Shown here piece after piece: positions 53,366-64,000 of a DNA stretch of 64,000 nt. The notes below the pieces were generated by a model. The model worked only from the letters and a program-made list of their open reading frames with translations, did not search any database and had not been told where the DNA came from. The position numbers and the translations under genes were made by a program. Location: the NCBI RefSeq assembly GCF_009834535.1, contig NC_045696.1, forward strand, positions 28,274,001 to 28,338,000. Direction: 5' to 3'. How positions within the stretch are numbered: position 1 is the stretch's first letter; each line of letters starts with the position of its first letter. The stretch is from Camelus ferus (lineage: Eukaryota).

Positions 53366-54214
53366 TTTCCTTTGCTAGATATCAAGATGTCTTCATTATA
53401 TCATGTTTTTCTGAATAACTGGAGTGCAAAAGTAATTATGTTCTCCTCTAATTTCTGAGTTTAAGGACATTGGTGACAAATATTCTTTTTAATGTCTACT
53501 CTAAGATACCATTCTGATAACTTGTGAATAACAAAAGATGCTAGTTTTATAATATATTACAAATTGTAAGGTATAAATGTGTCCAATTACAGCCTGTTTT
53601 ATAATCACACTTCAGAAAATAAGAGAATGCATTTTTTCTTAGTATTTTACAACATAACCAAGGGAACTGCTAACTTGCTGATAGAATAAACTGTTAATAA
53701 ATATTAATGGTTAACTATTGTCTCTGTATCCATATTTAATTGGTATTCAGATAAAGTACATATCCATAGGAATTAAGTAAGTATTCAATAATTAATGCCA
53801 AATTATTCATAGTTTTACTTTGACATTTCATAATACTCCATTAAAAGCACTGAAGAAAATCCCACAAACATAGGCATGTTATTTAAATTTAACAATTCTA
53901 TTTTCTTTAAACAGGTTGTTTACTTTTAGATCAAGAAACTTGATGAAAAGTTAATATCATAAGGTCAGAAAAGCAAAGCAATTTATTCACAATAATATTT
54001 AGTTTTATTTAATAATTAACACAGGAAAATGTAAATCTACTTTGGTTTACTCTTAATGAAAGTATAATAAAATTAGAAATAACCAATATCAATTTGCATT
54101 TAAATGGAAATATTGTCTTTTGTTAACCCAGTTGTTTCCTAAAGAATGTGATTACAGCCTACAGTTTATAGGTTCTAAGTAGAATGAATTAGAATTCATT
54201 TCTCTGTCTCTTGC

Positions 54215-54690
54215 TCAAATTGGTAAATTCTAGTCCTAGGTATAAACCAAAGGCAGATGAGTATCTATGTCCAGTAGTAAGATATGCAAGAATGTTTGTA
54301 TCAACCAGATATAACAAGTTAAAAAATTTAAACAGCTAAAATGTGCGTAAAATAAAGAATGTCTCAAAATAGGTTATCATACTTCAATGAAAAGGTATGA
54401 GTTACACTACCTAAAACATCATGGATACATTTCAAAAATATTACTTAGTAAAATATAATTATGAAATTTAAAACCAGGGTAAAATAAGCTAATATGACAA
54501 CATTCAGACACGTTTAAGGAAAGTTAGTGACTGAAAGGGACAGAGGAAGGATTCTGAGAGGTTGTGATGTTCTCTGTCTTAATTCTAGTGACAGTGAACT
54601 CAGTTGTATATATTTATAAAAGTTCAATCTGCACTCTTATGATATGTGACTTTTAGTAGACTATACTTTAATAAATGAGTTCATAAAATG
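54215..54690 (+). mobile_element. Ancient L1ME-like 3' fragment
   Basis: aaattctagtcctaggtataaacc...atgcaagaatgttt...aggattctgagaggttgtgatgttctctgtcttaattctagtg...tatactttaataaa. Confidence 0.65.
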
Positions 54691-56382
54691 AAAACATTGT
54701 AAAACATTTCTCTAGGACCTCTCTCAAATCTGAAATTTTACAACTCTACCAAATCCTTAATTACACTCCTGTTCTTACTGTTTTTATTGTCTATGTCTAC
54801 ACATTGTCCCTTGCTTCATGTGCTTCCTCGTCCATATTGATTATTCTCAGGCCTGGCAATTTCCTAAAACTTCAATGAATAATTTGACTCATAATTATGC
54901 CTTCAAAACTTTTACTACCCCACTCTCAACTTCATCGTAACAATCTCTCTTTTTCTCTTCCCCCAATAAAGCTCTATAATTTAAGTGTTAAACAGACCAA
55001 GATACAGCAATGTCACGCATCAACTGTAAGCTTCTTTTCTACTTTGGATTGGGAGAAAAGCATTAGAAGATACTAATCCTATAAACTGGTAATATGTTGG
55101 TAAGTACACTTTTAAATGACTGTCATGTTCGTTGACTCTGATTTAATTTTGATCACATTCTTTTGAAGTTTCAACATCAAGACTGGAAAAAAATATTGGA
55201 GAATAATATCCTTCTTTAAATTGCAAGTCAAAAGAAATTAAATCTGTACATTTGATTTCTTAGTAAATCAAGAAGTTTACCGATTTTATTTTCACATTTT
55301 ACTATTTAAAAAAGTTCTTAAAAATTAGCCATTATGTGTAGGTATATGTGTCTTTCAAAAATAATAAAGTGAGATTAAAAAACAAAGCCTTAAAATATAG
55401 AAAATTCTACATCTCTCATGGTATAACAGAACTCAGCAGTATTTTTCTCTCTCGGGGATTTGTGACAGCACTCATCTCAGAGCAATTCTCACAAATGTGT
55501 GTTTTGAATCCCATGTTATTTGAGGAAAGCACCTTCTTCATAACAATGTGAAGGCACATCTAAATTCTAGGGATTTTATACCTCAGTAAACATCAATACA
55601 ATGCAAATGATGATTTACTGGTTTTCTTTTATCTATGATCTTTTATTCATTGCCTCATGTAGATCAAATGTGAAATGTAGCTTTTGTTCCTCAAATATAG
55701 AGGGTGCAGAATTCTCGCATCAGCTCTTTTTTATTAAAAAAGAATGAGAAGGCAAGTATTCTATTCTTTTGCATTTTGTTTTGTGATAAATCCCTTCTAG
55801 TATTAAAAAAAAAAACTAATAGCAATAATTCTTACTAAAGAAAAGGGTTTTGGTTTTTAAGTATTAGATTTCAAGATTTTTCTAACTCAAAAAATATTTT
55901 AATTCAATAAAAATTAAAAGTGCAAATGTTATTACATTCCAATGTGCAGTGGTGACATTCATAAACCCGCTTTACATTCTCCCTACTTGAGCTGTGGTAG
56001 CAGGCTGAGTAGTGGAGGAAAAGCACCATGTTGGATAGCCCTTATTTTTTACTTTGCTTTGTGCTAGTTGTTTTGTTTGTTTGTTTCATGCTGACATAAC
56101 TGCCTACCTGAAATTTCTGCTTACTAGTCCCTTACAAGTTCAGCCTCCCAAGTACACCCAGAAGACATGCAATCATGTGACAGCACAGAAAATGCATACA
56201 GATACTTCTCATGACCTTGCAGAAGAGTTCCCTCAGGATAAGCATCTAAATCCTCAAATTTTTAAACCATTTTTCTCTTTCAACACCCTTCCTCTCTTGT
56301 TCCTTCTGTCCTTTCTTTTATTTCTCTTCCCTTCTTTTGTTTTTGGGAAAATTAGTAAACAGAAATTTCAATTAAGATAGAG

Positions 56383-56703
56383 TTGGGAGACTGGAAGGGG
56401 GAGCTCTCATGCTCTAATAGATAACAGAGCCGAAGAGGACTTGGCAAGAGCTCAGCCAATGAGAGAGTGTTGCAACTCGGCCAATGAAAAGCCATGGATC
56501 CTTTGTTTACTATAGCCCTCCCAACTTCTTCCCTTCTTTAAGAGTGCTCCTCTCCGTATTTGCTGGAGACTTGCAAGTGGCTCACTATGGTTGCAGACCC
56601 AAATGACAATTCTTTGCTAATCCCAAATAAACCTATTTTTTAATTTAATATTATTTTTTTTAGCTAGAGAAATAATTGGCAGTCTATTTGTTTTAGGTCA
56701 ACA
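56383..56703 (+). mobile_element. ERV1-class solo LTR (MER34-group-like)
   Basis: Two CCAAT boxes (cagccaatgag, ggccaatgaa), AATAAA near 56625, and the terminus aattggcagtctatttgttttaggtcaaca; start approximate. Confidence 0.75.
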
Positions 56704-57029
56704 TTTTCAATTAGTATTTGACCAGGATCTGCTACATGATAAACATTGTAGTTGTCATTGGGGTTATAAAGATAAATACAATAGAGACATTGTCTTCAAA
56801 GAAATTTAATAAACTATCTAGTGTCAACTGAACAAATGACCACAAGCCTATAAAACAACTGCTATAATGGAAATAAACGCATGGATTATTATTGTATTTA
56901 ATCCTGACAATAGTACTTTAGATATGGGTATTATGATGTTTATTTTGCTAATTACAAAGGTAATATATGCCCATTGTGGAAATTATATACATGTAATGAT
57001 AATAACAATTATTATTATTACTATGAACA

Positions 57030-57230
57030 TTTATTATGCATTTGCTTTGTGTTAGGCAATTCTAAGCACTTACATTTCTAAACTAAATTAAAATTCACAA
57101 TAAAACGTTGTTGCATGTCTTATTATCCTATCATTATCCTCATTTTCAGATGTAAAAATTGAGGCAAACAGATGTTTTATACTTAAAAATTAGTAAATCT
57201 TTGTTGGAACTAAGATCATTTGATTTCTGA
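57030..57230 (-). mobile_element. MIR SINE
   Basis: ttgtgttaggcaattctaagcacttac...attatcctcattttcagatgtaaaaattgaggc. Confidence 0.75.
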
Positions 57231-57276
57231 GTTTGCACTTTTATCATGCTCTCAGCGATGTGAATATCACTCCAGC

Positions 57277-57815
57277 TGCAGTAGTGGGCATGCTCTGCTT
57301 TTGGTCTTCCACATTCATTTTCCCTTTTCTTTGGCCACAGAACCCTGGTTTTTCAGGCGGGGTTTCATCTCAAGCTTGGGGCTGCTCCATTCCTTACAAC
57401 TCCAAATGTGAGCTTTAAAGCAATCAGCAACTTCCTTTTCCCGTGGACATGTGAATGGTTTGCAGCTGATCATGACAGCGATGCATAAAAATTATCCAAC
57501 CAAGGAGATATTTGGTATGGGCTTCTGAGTAGGAAAAAGTCCTTATTCTTCTGCATAAGAAACACACACTTCTCCTAAAAGTGAACAAGGAAGAAGGCAG
57601 CACTTTGAAGCTTTTGGAAGTCATCTTATCAATGTGAGAAGAATCTATTTTATGTATCTTAGAAGCAAAACATAAATAAAAATAGGTAAACTGTACTACA
57701 GGATGATTCCTTATTTAAGCTATTCAGATGCCTACATTAAAATTTTCCTTTAACTGTTCAATTCTGTCTAGATTGAGTTTCTGTTATTTGAAAACAAGAG
57801 TTTCCAACCTGAGGC
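57277..57815 (+). mobile_element. Ancient MLT1 (J/K-like) MaLR LTR
   Basis: ccacagaaccctggttttt...gcttctgagtaggaaaa...gaagtcatcttatcaatgtgag...gattgagtttctgttatttgaaaacaaga. Confidence 0.55.
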
Positions 57816-59324
57816 ATTTCAATAAACAAGGCATGCTTTATTGCTCGCATAGTGTAAGTAAGTACATAGTATAGATAGACGGTGCTATTGTCCCTTCCAA
57901 ATCTTCTCCAGCCACAATCTTACTGATTTGACTCCGTTATCCTTGACTTAGATTTCTTCCATTTCTCTCCTCAAATTAGTATTGATATTTAAGTGTCATT
58001 GAAATAAGATAGTAAAGAGAATATTCCTTAAAAGACTTCTGTTATGAGATATGCAGGAATGTTTAAAGATTGGGGTGGAATTATCTTAGCATATACCGTG
58101 TGTCTGCCCTGGAGATAAAAATGCAAACAAGTAAACAAATTCCCTGTGCTCACCAGTCTTTTAACAACACTGAAGGCAGATATAGTGGACAAGCCATTTA
58201 GAGACTAGTAGGAAATAAATGTAAAAACATTTAACACACATTTTTCTTGTTGAATAATCAACATAGAATAGCAAAAATTAACTGAATGTTCATGTTTAAC
58301 AAGTGCCCTTCACTTACATCAAAATGAGATGACTGATAATTAGAAAAATGTCACAATGGCTCCATGTTGTTCCTGTAGAAACCTTTGCCACCCAGAGGAT
58401 GTGACATACATTCCACTGTTTTGACATGATTAAGTGTCAAGGGAATGACATTTCTGAGGTAATGTAAGGATGAATTACAGTGACTAAAAATGCAGGTTTA
58501 TATTACTTGAACTTAAAGAAATATATATGTACAAAATTCACCTCTGTAAATGATTAATAATTTAACAGAATTCAATTTTTTTAATAAAAAAGGGAAAAAA
58601 AACAATTAAATTAAGAAAAAAGAAAAACCCTTCAACCCAAAGAACAGGTAATGATATTTAGAAAATGTATTATAACCCACTGCATTTCTTTTCATTTCAA
58701 TACTATTACTTATGAATTTTGCTGCTAATAAATATGTTCTTTTTTTACACTGGAGCAAATGGACTATTCACTAAATAGACTATTGTGAATCAGGCATTTC
58801 CAAATAGACTTGCTTTATTACAATATTATTAGCTAACTACTGTTGGTTACATATTATAAGCTATGTATTGTTTATTTTAATTTTAGAAATTTTTAAAAAT
58901 AAGCAAAATATCTTTAATTGTACTTTATGTTAGAGAAAATATTTTCACATACTTTATTCTGCAGAAAACTTGATTTATAAGAAATAGTTCTGTTCTATAA
59001 TTTTTTAAAAATATTATTGTAAGGTTGAAAACCTATAAAAATCTACAGTTTACTAAAGAACAGCTGTCTAAAATTTTTTATCTTGTCTTTGTGAAAAGAA
59101 ATACTTTTTTTTGTGTGTGTAGAAGATTATGAAGTTCTTTATTTAGGCAAGATTCAGTTAAATTTGCCACTAACTGGTTAAGAATAGCCTAACAATTGTT
59201 TTTTGATTTAAAAAAATGTGTTTAAATAGAACAGCTTTTAATTATCATTTGGAAAAAACTTCTTTAGATTGCTAAGGATTATAATGTGAGGTTTTTCGGT
59301 CTAAGAAATTTGAAGATTGAAGAG

Positions 59325-59676
59325 TGCTATGGACTGAATTTTGTCCCCACCTCAAATTCAAATGACGTTCTAATCCCAAATGTGACTGTCTTTGGAGATA
59401 GAGCATATTAGGGGGTAATTACGTCATAAGAGTGGGGCCCTTGGAGAATTAGTGTGCTTAAAATTGAAACGACGCAAAAGAGCTTACCCACTCCAACAGA
59501 TGAGGACACAGAAAGAAGATGACAGTGTTCAAGCAAGGAGGAGAGCTCACCAGAACTCAGCCACCTACGCTGGCGCACGCATTTCAGATCTCCTGCCTCC
59601 AAAACTGTGAGAAAATAAATTGTTGTTTAATCCACTCTATGATAATTTGTTATGACAACCTGAACTGACAATTACA
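59325..59676 (+). mobile_element. MLT1A/B-like MaLR solo LTR
   Basis: tgctatggactgaattttgtcccc...tgcctccaaaactgtgagaaaataaattgttgtttaa...tttgttatgacaacctgaactgacaattaca, with TG...CA termini. Confidence 0.92.
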
Positions 59677-59944
59677 AAGGTAGATCTAAAACAGACCCCT
59701 AAGACCACAGCAGAAGACAGAAAAATAATGACAGTGGGTACAAAAGTCATTTAGTATCTATTCATGAATGACTCTGTTCCTGGCTCAGCAGAGGATGTAT
59801 TTTAATGAAGCAGGTAATAACAGGTATGAGGTATCAGGTAGCTCTCAATACTATGAAAAAATATATTTAAAGTAGTGTATGAGTACAGAGTTTGACAGGA
59901 TTGGTATTTTATTTATTTGTTTGTTTATTTTCTTATGAAAGTAG

Positions 59945-60125
59945 TCTCACATGGTTACTAGGAGGAAAGCAGGGAGGGATAAATTGAGAGTCTGGGATTA
60001 GCAGACGCACACTACTATGTATAAAATTGATTAACAACTGATCCTACTGGGAACTATATTCAATATCTTTTAGTAAACTATAATGAAAAAGAATATAAAA
60101 AGAATATGTATGTGTGTATAAATGA
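59945..60125 (+). mobile_element. L1 3'UTR fragment
   Basis: ggagggataaattgagagtctgggattagcagacgcacactactatgtataaaa...gggaactatattcaatatctt, homologous to the other L1 3'UTRs in the window. Confidence 0.85.
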
Positions 60126-60731
60126 AGGACTTCTATTTTAAATATGATAACATGGCAGCCACAAATAACTGAAATAAATGGGGATGGATTTGGGGGAGAG
60201 TCACATGAATATTTGAAAGAAAGGCATTGAGGAAATGAAAAAAAAAGCAAGTGAGAAAGTCTTGAGAATAAAAGAGTGGTATGCATGGCATGTCCATGTG
60301 AACATCAAGTAATTGATATGGATCAGCATGTGTGTGGTGGGAGGAAATAAGGATTGTGGAGGTTAAACATCATTTTTGGATCCTGGATTCCTTGGTAAAG
60401 ATTTTGGAATTTATTTGAAAAGCTGTAGTATAATTGTTTAAACTGAACATACACCTTAATATGAAACTTGGAAAATTTGAAAAAAAAATACCTGAAGAAC
60501 GGGCAATTGATTAAAAGATTCTGATTTTTATTGATAATGAAATTCAGAGAGTCAAAGAAAATATAATGGTCTATAATATTTTCACTGGTTAATGTCATCA
60601 GATTTTGTGGTAAATGAAGCCTTCTCCAATTATCTAATTCTCTAAAAGAGCTTCTTCTTCCACAAAAATTGTATCCTGCCTAACTTTTCTTCAAGGCACT
60701 TACCTCACAAAAGGCCATCCTGGAATCTATA

Positions 60732-61234
60732 TAAAATTGTCCCTGAACCAACGATGGTTCCACCTTATGATTTTTTGGCTTTCCCATGATACGTGAAAGC
60801 ACTACACATTCAGCAGAAGCCATACTTGGAGCTGTGATCTTTTCCTGGGTTGGTGAAATGTGGCAGATACTCTCCTGTGATGCTGGGCAGCAGCTGCCAC
60901 AGCTCCCGGTCAGCCACGCCACCACGAGGGTGAACAATCAGTACACATAACATCTATTCTGTACCCGTACCCCCATTCTGTTTTTTTACTTTCTATACAG
61001 TATTCAATAAATTACATGACATATTCAGCACTTTATTTTTAAATAGGCTTTGTGTTAGATGATTTTGCCCAACTGTAGGCTAATGTGAGTGTTCTGAGCG
61101 CGTTTAAGGTATGTCAGGCTAAGCTGTGATGTTTGGTAGATTAAGGGTATTTAATGCATTTTCTACTTAAGTTATTTCAATTTACAGGATTTGTTTATCA
61201 GATCACAACCCTATCTTAAGGTGAGGAAGATCTG
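60732..61234. mobile_element. MER47/Tigger5-like TcMar-Tigger DNA transposon
   Basis: acgatggttccaccttatgatttttt...tattcaataaattacatgacatattcagcactttatt...gattttgcccaactgtaggctaatgtgagtgttctgagcgcgtttaaggta...gaggaagatctg. Confidence 0.88.
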
Positions 61235-63249
61235 TGTCTATTTCTTTATTCCGTTTCCTCTGCTTTAGCATTGGAATGGAAACTTCCTGAGGGAAGGGAT
61301 TTTGTCTCTTTCTTCAGCATTGTATTCTAAATGGCTGGCCTGATGCTCATTAACTACTGAATGACTGCACTAATGAGTCACAGCAGGTGAAAAGCAGTTT
61401 GGGTGTGATGATGAGAGAAATGTCACAGAGAGAATGGAAGTGCTATTATAGTGGAGTATTTGCCTATTTGTACTTATAAACAAAGAAAGGTGCCTGCCAT
61501 AGATAATCTAAAGAGAAATGAGAGTTAGTAGGAAAATACCACAAATCAGCCCCAGATATTTTTTTGAACTCATAGGAGACGTAATTCTGTGCTGAGGACA
61601 CAATATGCTGAGAACAGAACAGGCCCAAGAGACATATTGTGGTCTATCCATAATGGGAGATGGACTGGAGGGACAAAGTCAGAACCTTCGCAGGAGCATG
61701 AGAGAAACAAGAGCGATTGAAACTGGGGAGGTCGGACAGCCATCCTTTACTTGGCATTTTAAAAAGCGAGCGTATCAAATCCTCTTTAAGTTATTTCTAC
61801 TAATATATTTATCAATATTGAATTAAACTGAATATGATCCCCATTAAGTTCTAGTTTACTTTGAGAGAATACTGACAAAAGTATGTTCATAGCACCAGTT
61901 TTTTATTTACTATTGTAACTATAAATGAATATTTAAAAAATTTTTGCATATTTAATATAGTAGGTTATCTAGTACTTTTCTTGTATTTTACATTGCTTAA
62001 TTTTGAGAAATGTGAATTTAACTATGTTGTATTTAAAATGTGTCTATTTGAAAAAGAGACACTATTAGCTGTCTACAATTTCTAACACCAGTTAAATCTG
62101 TATTATTAATTTCAAGAATAAAATTTTCCCATCTGATTATTTAAGCCAGATAGGATTTCAGTGCCACCAGGGAATTAGCGCAGGAATGATTTGGAGATTT
62201 GCATAGTAATTGGTATGACACATATGCCCTACTGTAGAGGGCTATGGACACGGATGGTAATGAATTTGCTTGCCAGGTCCCTGCGATCACTATAAAAATG
62301 GGATGAAATTGATTTTTTTTTTCATTCTTTGAAGTTTGTAAGTAACCATGCTGGCTAATGAGCTAATTTGAATAAGCTTTAAACAAGAATGTAGTCACAT
62401 TAATGGTAATTATTAGAAAGTAGCACAAAACGAAGCTTTTTAGCTTTCATTCCAAGTTTTAATTAGCAATTAAAAGAAAAGTTATCTGACCTATGATTAA
62501 GTTTCAATGTGTTCTTATATATATATATGTAAAATAGTTTTAGATATGTTATTTCCATGGAAAAGTTCTCTAAAGGAAATATTACCAAATACTAAATATT
62601 CTAAAAAATACATTTAAACTAAATAGTGAAACTGCAGCACAGTTATCAGTATCCTTATGTGTAAATTACACTCTAATAAATGGAAACAGAAAGCCTTCTA
62701 TATGAAAATGTCAGCTAAAATAATCCCAGTTCTTTAAAGTGTTAAATGATTTCTGAGTCACAGATTTGCTTTTCCCTAATTGAGAAATTGTCTGATGCAT
62801 GGTGTGCCATAATGATTGTCATTTTTAGAATACAAAAATATTTAGTAATGATAAAATAAACTAACAATAAAAAAGCATTAAAATATTTTCTTGGTCACCT
62901 CATTTTTGTCATTGTAGCCATAAAATTTATATGATAAAACGTTTAATATAATGTATTGCCAATCATATATGTAATATTAGAAAAGGTCTTAACATTTATT
63001 TTGACTTTAGAGGTACGTAGTAGATTTCAATATCATTCTCAGTACCTCTGAACAGGTCAGAAGGACAAATCCACAGGAAAGAAAATGTTATTCAATTGAG
63101 AAGTGTAGAAGTGTTTACCGTGAAGGTGATGAAAGATAATTTCGTTTCAATCAGGGCTAATTCATCAGCAAAACATTTTCAAGTGGCATGGAAACTTAAT
63201 AGTTTTCAATTTTCATGTATGCCTTATGGGTTTTCCTAAGCCCTTTAAA

Positions 63250-63420
63250 ACATTCTACTTTTAAATGTGAGTTTCTTTCCTTAGAACCTTCCCCATTACC
63301 ACTCCAAGGATGGGAGCATTATTGATGTAAGGCAAAGTCCGTAATTTATTCATCTTTGAACCCTATTATTTTTAGTTTCTGGCACATAGAAGGTGCTCAA
63401 AGAATGTTTGTTGAATGCAG
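63250..63420 (+). mobile_element. L2 3'-end fragment
   Basis: tctggcacatagaaggtgctcaaagaatgtttgttgaatg. Confidence 0.7.
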
Positions 63421-63473
63421 AAGCGAATCTAGCTTTCCCTGCTGTTATCCACAAGGAGAACATTTTCAAGTTA

Positions 63474-63504
<31 letters not shown>

Positions 63505-64000
63505 TAAACAAATAAAAACTGCCTAGGAATAAACTGAAAAAAAAAAGAACATTTTCAAGATAGTAACTAGGGGTATTCATACTCTTAAAACTCCTATATG
63601 TTTGTAATTCCACTGGTAATTATACAAATTTCACGGAAATTGAAAATATCCTTCAGACTATTATTAACCACAAAGTTTTGCCAAATATCCTTCTAAGTGC
63701 TTTTAAGCATGAAGGCTTAATAACATAATACAATCTTAGCAAAACACAATACTTAGAAAATATTTACAATCTTATGGCACAAGATTAATTACTAAAATAC
63801 CAGCCTGAAAAGAATATATATATATACCTTGTACTCCATGTTTCCCAGCTTCTTTAATAGAGAAAACAGAATATAATTTAATGCTTTCTTGACAGAGTCA
63901 TTATCATGAACCTCAGTTATGTGACATCCTATTCCATTACAGATACAATGTGACCGCAGATGTTGATGGCATGAATTCTGTTACTAAGTTTTAATAGTCT

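Noticed and set aside
1215..63613. Remaining 60-125 aa ORFs in the track
   Set aside because: Lengths expected by chance, many with non-ATG starts or lying within or antisense to repeats; no recognisable domains beyond the TE remnants listed.

Overview
AT-rich mammalian genomic DNA, probably camelid (inferred from a short tRNA-derived SINE resembling camelid Vic-1 and from the style of the L1 3' ends). The window is intergenic or deep-intronic and dominated by transposable elements: L1, L2, MIR, MaLR/ERV-L/ERV1 LTRs, a ~4.9 kb decayed ERV-L provirus, and hAT/Tigger DNA transposons. I found no intact host protein-coding gene and no real tRNA, rRNA or CRISPR array. The one gene-like locus is a minus-strand, disrupted and very divergent cTAGE5/MIA2 (TANGO1-family) copy at ~40.9-42.45 kb. 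Its coding region is intronless, it appears to lack the proline-rich C-terminal domain, and it carries what look like an acquired spliced 5'UTR and a genomic polyA site. Other notable structures are a recent 213-bp tandem duplication with a templated junction, a candidate L1 3' transduction and small TSD-flanked insertions. I see no convincing evidence of a wholly new biological system. All family names were assigned from memory of consensus sequences, not by search, and boundaries of old repeats are approximate.
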